Part shown: positions 61,636 to 64,000 of the stretch, in pieces
Layout of the letters: each line of letters begins with the position of its first letter
How positions within the stretch are numbered: the stretch's first letter is position 1
Source: a virus
IMG/VR virus record: IMGVR_UViG_3300028581_000012
Reading direction: 5' to 3' (one strand)
Length of the DNA: 64,000 nt
Position numbers and translations under genes: made by a program
The notes under the pieces: generated by a model
Databases searched by the model: none
Told to the model about the DNA's origin: nothing
The model's input: the letters and a program-made list of their open reading frames with translations, nothing else

Positions 61636-64000
61636 TTATACATTATCAAATGATGCTCCTGTAGGTGTAATAACAAATTCAATGTCAATATATTCAAGAG
61701 CTCTTGTTGGTTTTAGGTAAATTTTACCTGTTAGTGTATTTGAATCCAAATCTTCAGGTGTGTTTGATACCGTCACACGGAAATCAATTAAACCTCTATC
61801 TCTTCTTATTGAATCTAATATTGGGTTAACTGAATCAAGGAAGTCTTGTCTTACTTTATCATCGTTTTGTTCAAATAGTAATCTAATAGCTACCGCAGAA
61901 ATCAATTTACGAGCTTGTAACAATAATCTTCTAACATTAATTCTGTCAAGCGCAGACTCTCTAACTTGTAATGTTTTATTACCCCAAATCACTGTACCCA
62001 CGTCATTATATGTTGCAATTGGATTGACTCTACCTTTATAAAGAGTATCTCTATCTTCTTGTGTCAGTTTCTTTCTTGCTTGAATAGCATTTACAAGACC
62101 TCTTGTATAACCCGCAGATGCGAACCAAGGGAATGCAATATTATCCGTTAACGCCAAGTTTTTAGTTACTTCAGCGGTTGGTGGTAGATAAATTTGAGTG
62201 TTATTAACCGCATCCCGAGTAAGAACCCAAGGGTAGTAAGTTGCCGCGTAACTTGAATCAATACCTGTGTTTTCTAAATTATCTACAACCTCTTGTGGGT
62301 AAATTAATCCTTCGGTTATATTTTGGTAAGATGGTAAAAACAAATTAAAATCGGGTGTAGTTGTAATGTAAATTGAGTCGGCTCTATCTTCTTCAATCAT
62401 ATTAACCGCATCTTCAACAAGATTACTGTTATTTACATAATCAATTCCTGGTGTAACAAACACATTAATGTTAGTTGCTTCAGGGTTTGCAAATGTTGTT
62501 TGACCCCATTTGTATGCGTAAAAGTCAGTATTCGCCCAAGTTTCTTGGTTAGGCCCTGATATTTGTTTAAACGCTCCCCATCCTGATGCTGTTGGGTATG
62601 TTGCCGAAGCGGCTGCTCCAAATTTGTAACCTGTTTGACCAAGTGCGAATGTATCCGCATTTGTTCTATATTCTCTGTATATGTCCCATCCGTCAAAACC
62701 TCCGTAAGCATATAAAGTATATTTACGAGTATTCAATCTGTAATATGGATTATCAGAATCAAGTGGTTCACTTGAAAACGACCCCGTTCCAACTTCAAAT
62801 GCTGATTGACCTGATGTTACATAATTGTTAGATATTGTTACAATAGTCGCTCCACTATCTAAGTGGAAACCTTTTGTTACATAACCCCAATCAGGACCTG
62901 TTGTATCGGTTGCAATATTTGTTGGTAATTGTTTTCCTTTATAATCAAAGAAGTCATAATCAACTCCTGTGATATTTGAAATACCCAAATAAGCCCTTCT
63001 AACATTTTCACCTGAAGATATTCTAATGTTATCACCACCGTTAGCAGAACCAAAAGGTGGGTTATCAATTTGGTCACCAGGTTGTAAATATCTTGTTTTG
63101 TAATTAACAAATGGAGGTGTTGCGTTCGAGTATTCTCTCATAATGTAACCTTCAAAACCACAAGGAAGTGCGTTTGTAGGTGCCTCGTCAGCCATTTCAA
63201 TCATAATGTATTTTGACTTAACTTGATATTCACCGTTAGATGTACCGATTTTGTTAGCCACAAAGTTGTTTTGTGTTGGGTCTAATGAGCAGTTTGTAAA
63301 ACTTTCAACAACTCTAACATTTTGGTCAGTGTCAAAGAAGTCTCTTACAAATACATCAAATGTATTATTTGTAAATGATATATTACCGATAGAAAGTTTA
63401 ACCAATCGGTTAGCTGCGTTACCATCAGATATTAATACAAATCTAAATAATTTGTAAACTAAATTACCACGTAATTCAGACACTAAATAAGGTGTTTTAG
63501 GTGTTTGATATTGTTCTAAATAGAAACCAATTGTTTCAGTATTCAAAGATTCTGCACTGTCAAGTGCAATTAAATCACAAAATAAACCTCTAATTTTACT
63601 ATTATTGTATCCTGAATTTAATAAACTTGGGTAAATTTCCTCAACAAATAATGGAACTTCATTTCTATCTTTAGCAAAATTTGATTTACCAAACAAACTA
63701 GACATATAGTTAGAGTTTGTAGACTGCATCGAAGTTTCAAAACTAAATGTGTCAGAATCATATGTTATACCTGAAATTACAAATGTTGAATAAGGGTTGC
63801 TAGTTACAGCCGAGTATGTACCAGTACAAACCATTTGAACGTCACTTGTTCCTGTAACCCAATATTGTGGACCGTGTTGTGTTGAAGAATAACTTGTTAA
63901 ACCTCTTGAACGTAATGTTGAAACAACTAAATCATCCCATTCAGAATAAGGTGACCCTGAGTAGAATGTCATACCAATATTACATATACCTGAGAAAACT
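61636..64000 (-). CDS. Tail sheath protein (T4 gp18-like), 5' end beyond the window
   Basis: INVFVTPG, YAATYYPW, PWFASAGYTRG, RDTLY..RVNPI, IWGNKTL, ALDRINVRRLL, KPTRALEYI; frame stays open to the window edge upstream of the ATG at 63972. Confidence 0.96.
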   Translation of the reverse strand, partial: VFSGICNIGMTFYSGSPYSEWDDLVVSTLRSRGLTSYSSTQHGPQYWVTGTSDVQMVCTGTYSAVTSNPYSTFVISGITYDSDTFSFETSMQSTNSNYMSSLFGKSNFAKDRNEVPLFVEEIYPSLLNSGYNNSKIRGLFCDLIALDSAESLNTETIGFYLEQYQTPKTPYLVSELRGNLVYKLFRFVLISDGNAANRLVKLSIGNISFTNNTFDVFVRDFFDTDQNVRVVESFTNCSLDPTQNNFVANKIGTSNGEYQVKSKYIMIEMADEAPTNALPCGFEGYIMREYSNATPPFVNYKTRYLQPGDQIDNPPFGSANGGDNIRISSGENVRRAYLGISNITGVDYDFFDYKGKQLPTNIATDTTGPDWGYVTKGFHLDSGATIVTISNNYVTSGQSAFEVGTGSFSSEPLDSDNPYYRLNTRKYTLYAYGGFDGWDIYREYRTNADTFALGQTGYKFGAAASATYPTASGWGAFKQISGPNQETWANTDFYAYKWGQTTFANPEATNINVFVTPGIDYVNNSNLVEDAVNMIEEDRADSIYITTTPDFNLFLPSYQNITEGLIYPQEVVDNLENTGIDSSYAATYYPWVLTRDAVNNTQIYLPPTAEVTKNLALTDNIAFPWFASAGYTRGLVNAIQARKKLTQEDRDTLYKGRVNPIATYNDVGTVIWGNKTLQVRESALDRINVRRLLLQARKLISAVAIRLLFEQNDDKVRQDFLDSVNPILDSIRRDRGLIDFRVTVSNTPEDLDSNTLTGKIYLKPTRALEYIDIEFVITPTGASFDNV

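Noticed and set aside
1614-63457. All plus-strand ORFs and short nested minus-strand ORFs in the track (e.g. 12481..12831 GV repeats, 42900..43115)
   Set aside because: They lie wholly within longer, motif-bearing minus-strand genes and mirror their repeats or codon bias; treated as shadow ORFs
1-64000. Alternative genetic code (stop-codon reassignment seen in some large phages)
   Set aside because: Genes are full length under the standard code; TAA, TGA and TAG all occur at sensible gene ends with tight overlaps
31537-64000. Bacterial extracellular contractile injection system or eukaryotic giant virus
   Set aside because: Sheath/tube/baseplate genes are interleaved with phage-type primase, helicase, SSB, recombinase and resolvase, which fits a lytic myophage; the eukaryote-like RNR subtype also occurs in bacteria
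1-64000. tRNA, rRNA or structured ncRNA genes
   Set aside because: Intergenic gaps are short and AT-rich; only terminator-like hairpins were seen by eye (tRNAscan/Infernal not run)

Overview
Low-GC segment of a large (jumbo-type) contractile-tailed dsDNA phage. Every credible gene is on the minus strand, tightly packed, in the standard genetic code. In transcription order (right to left): tail sheath (5' end beyond the window), a HAD-family phosphatase, tail tube, T4 gp26-like/gp51-like tail chaperones, tape measure, two giant (~2190 aa) baseplate proteins flanking a gp53/LysM-like subunit, an inserted replication block (SSB, RecA/UvsX, 5'-3' exonuclease, helicase, nrdB, nrdA), gp25/gp6-like wedge genes, and a long run of Ser/Thr/Gly-rich tail and fibre genes (SprB-like, YadA-like, Pro-Thr and Gly-Thr-Ser repeats) interrupted by two glycosyltransferases. 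These are followed by a RuvC-like resolvase, two proteins with an identical N-terminal leader, primase, a PD-(D/E)XK nuclease, an Mre11/SbcD-like nuclease and an RHH+HNH cassette. SprB-like repeats, a DUF1573-like domain, an SSB ending in EDLPF, the lack of obvious Shine-Dalgarno sequences and the promoter spacing suggest a Bacteroidota host (inference). Best candidate for a new system: virion O-glycosylation. A GT60-like polypeptide GlcNAc-transferase and a second GT-A enzyme lie beside mucin-like Pro-Thr fibre genes. A [S/T]-[G/A]-x-T motif is strongly enriched in predicted outer virion proteins and nearly absent from the internal and cytoplasmic proteins I checked. Other highlights are a candidate +1 frameshift in the tail chaperone, a probable capsid-targeting leader, an HNH insertion that duplicated and recoded a gene end, and a TATTTATA motif upstream of late genes. 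All family calls come from motif recognition by eye; no database search was run and motif counts are manual.
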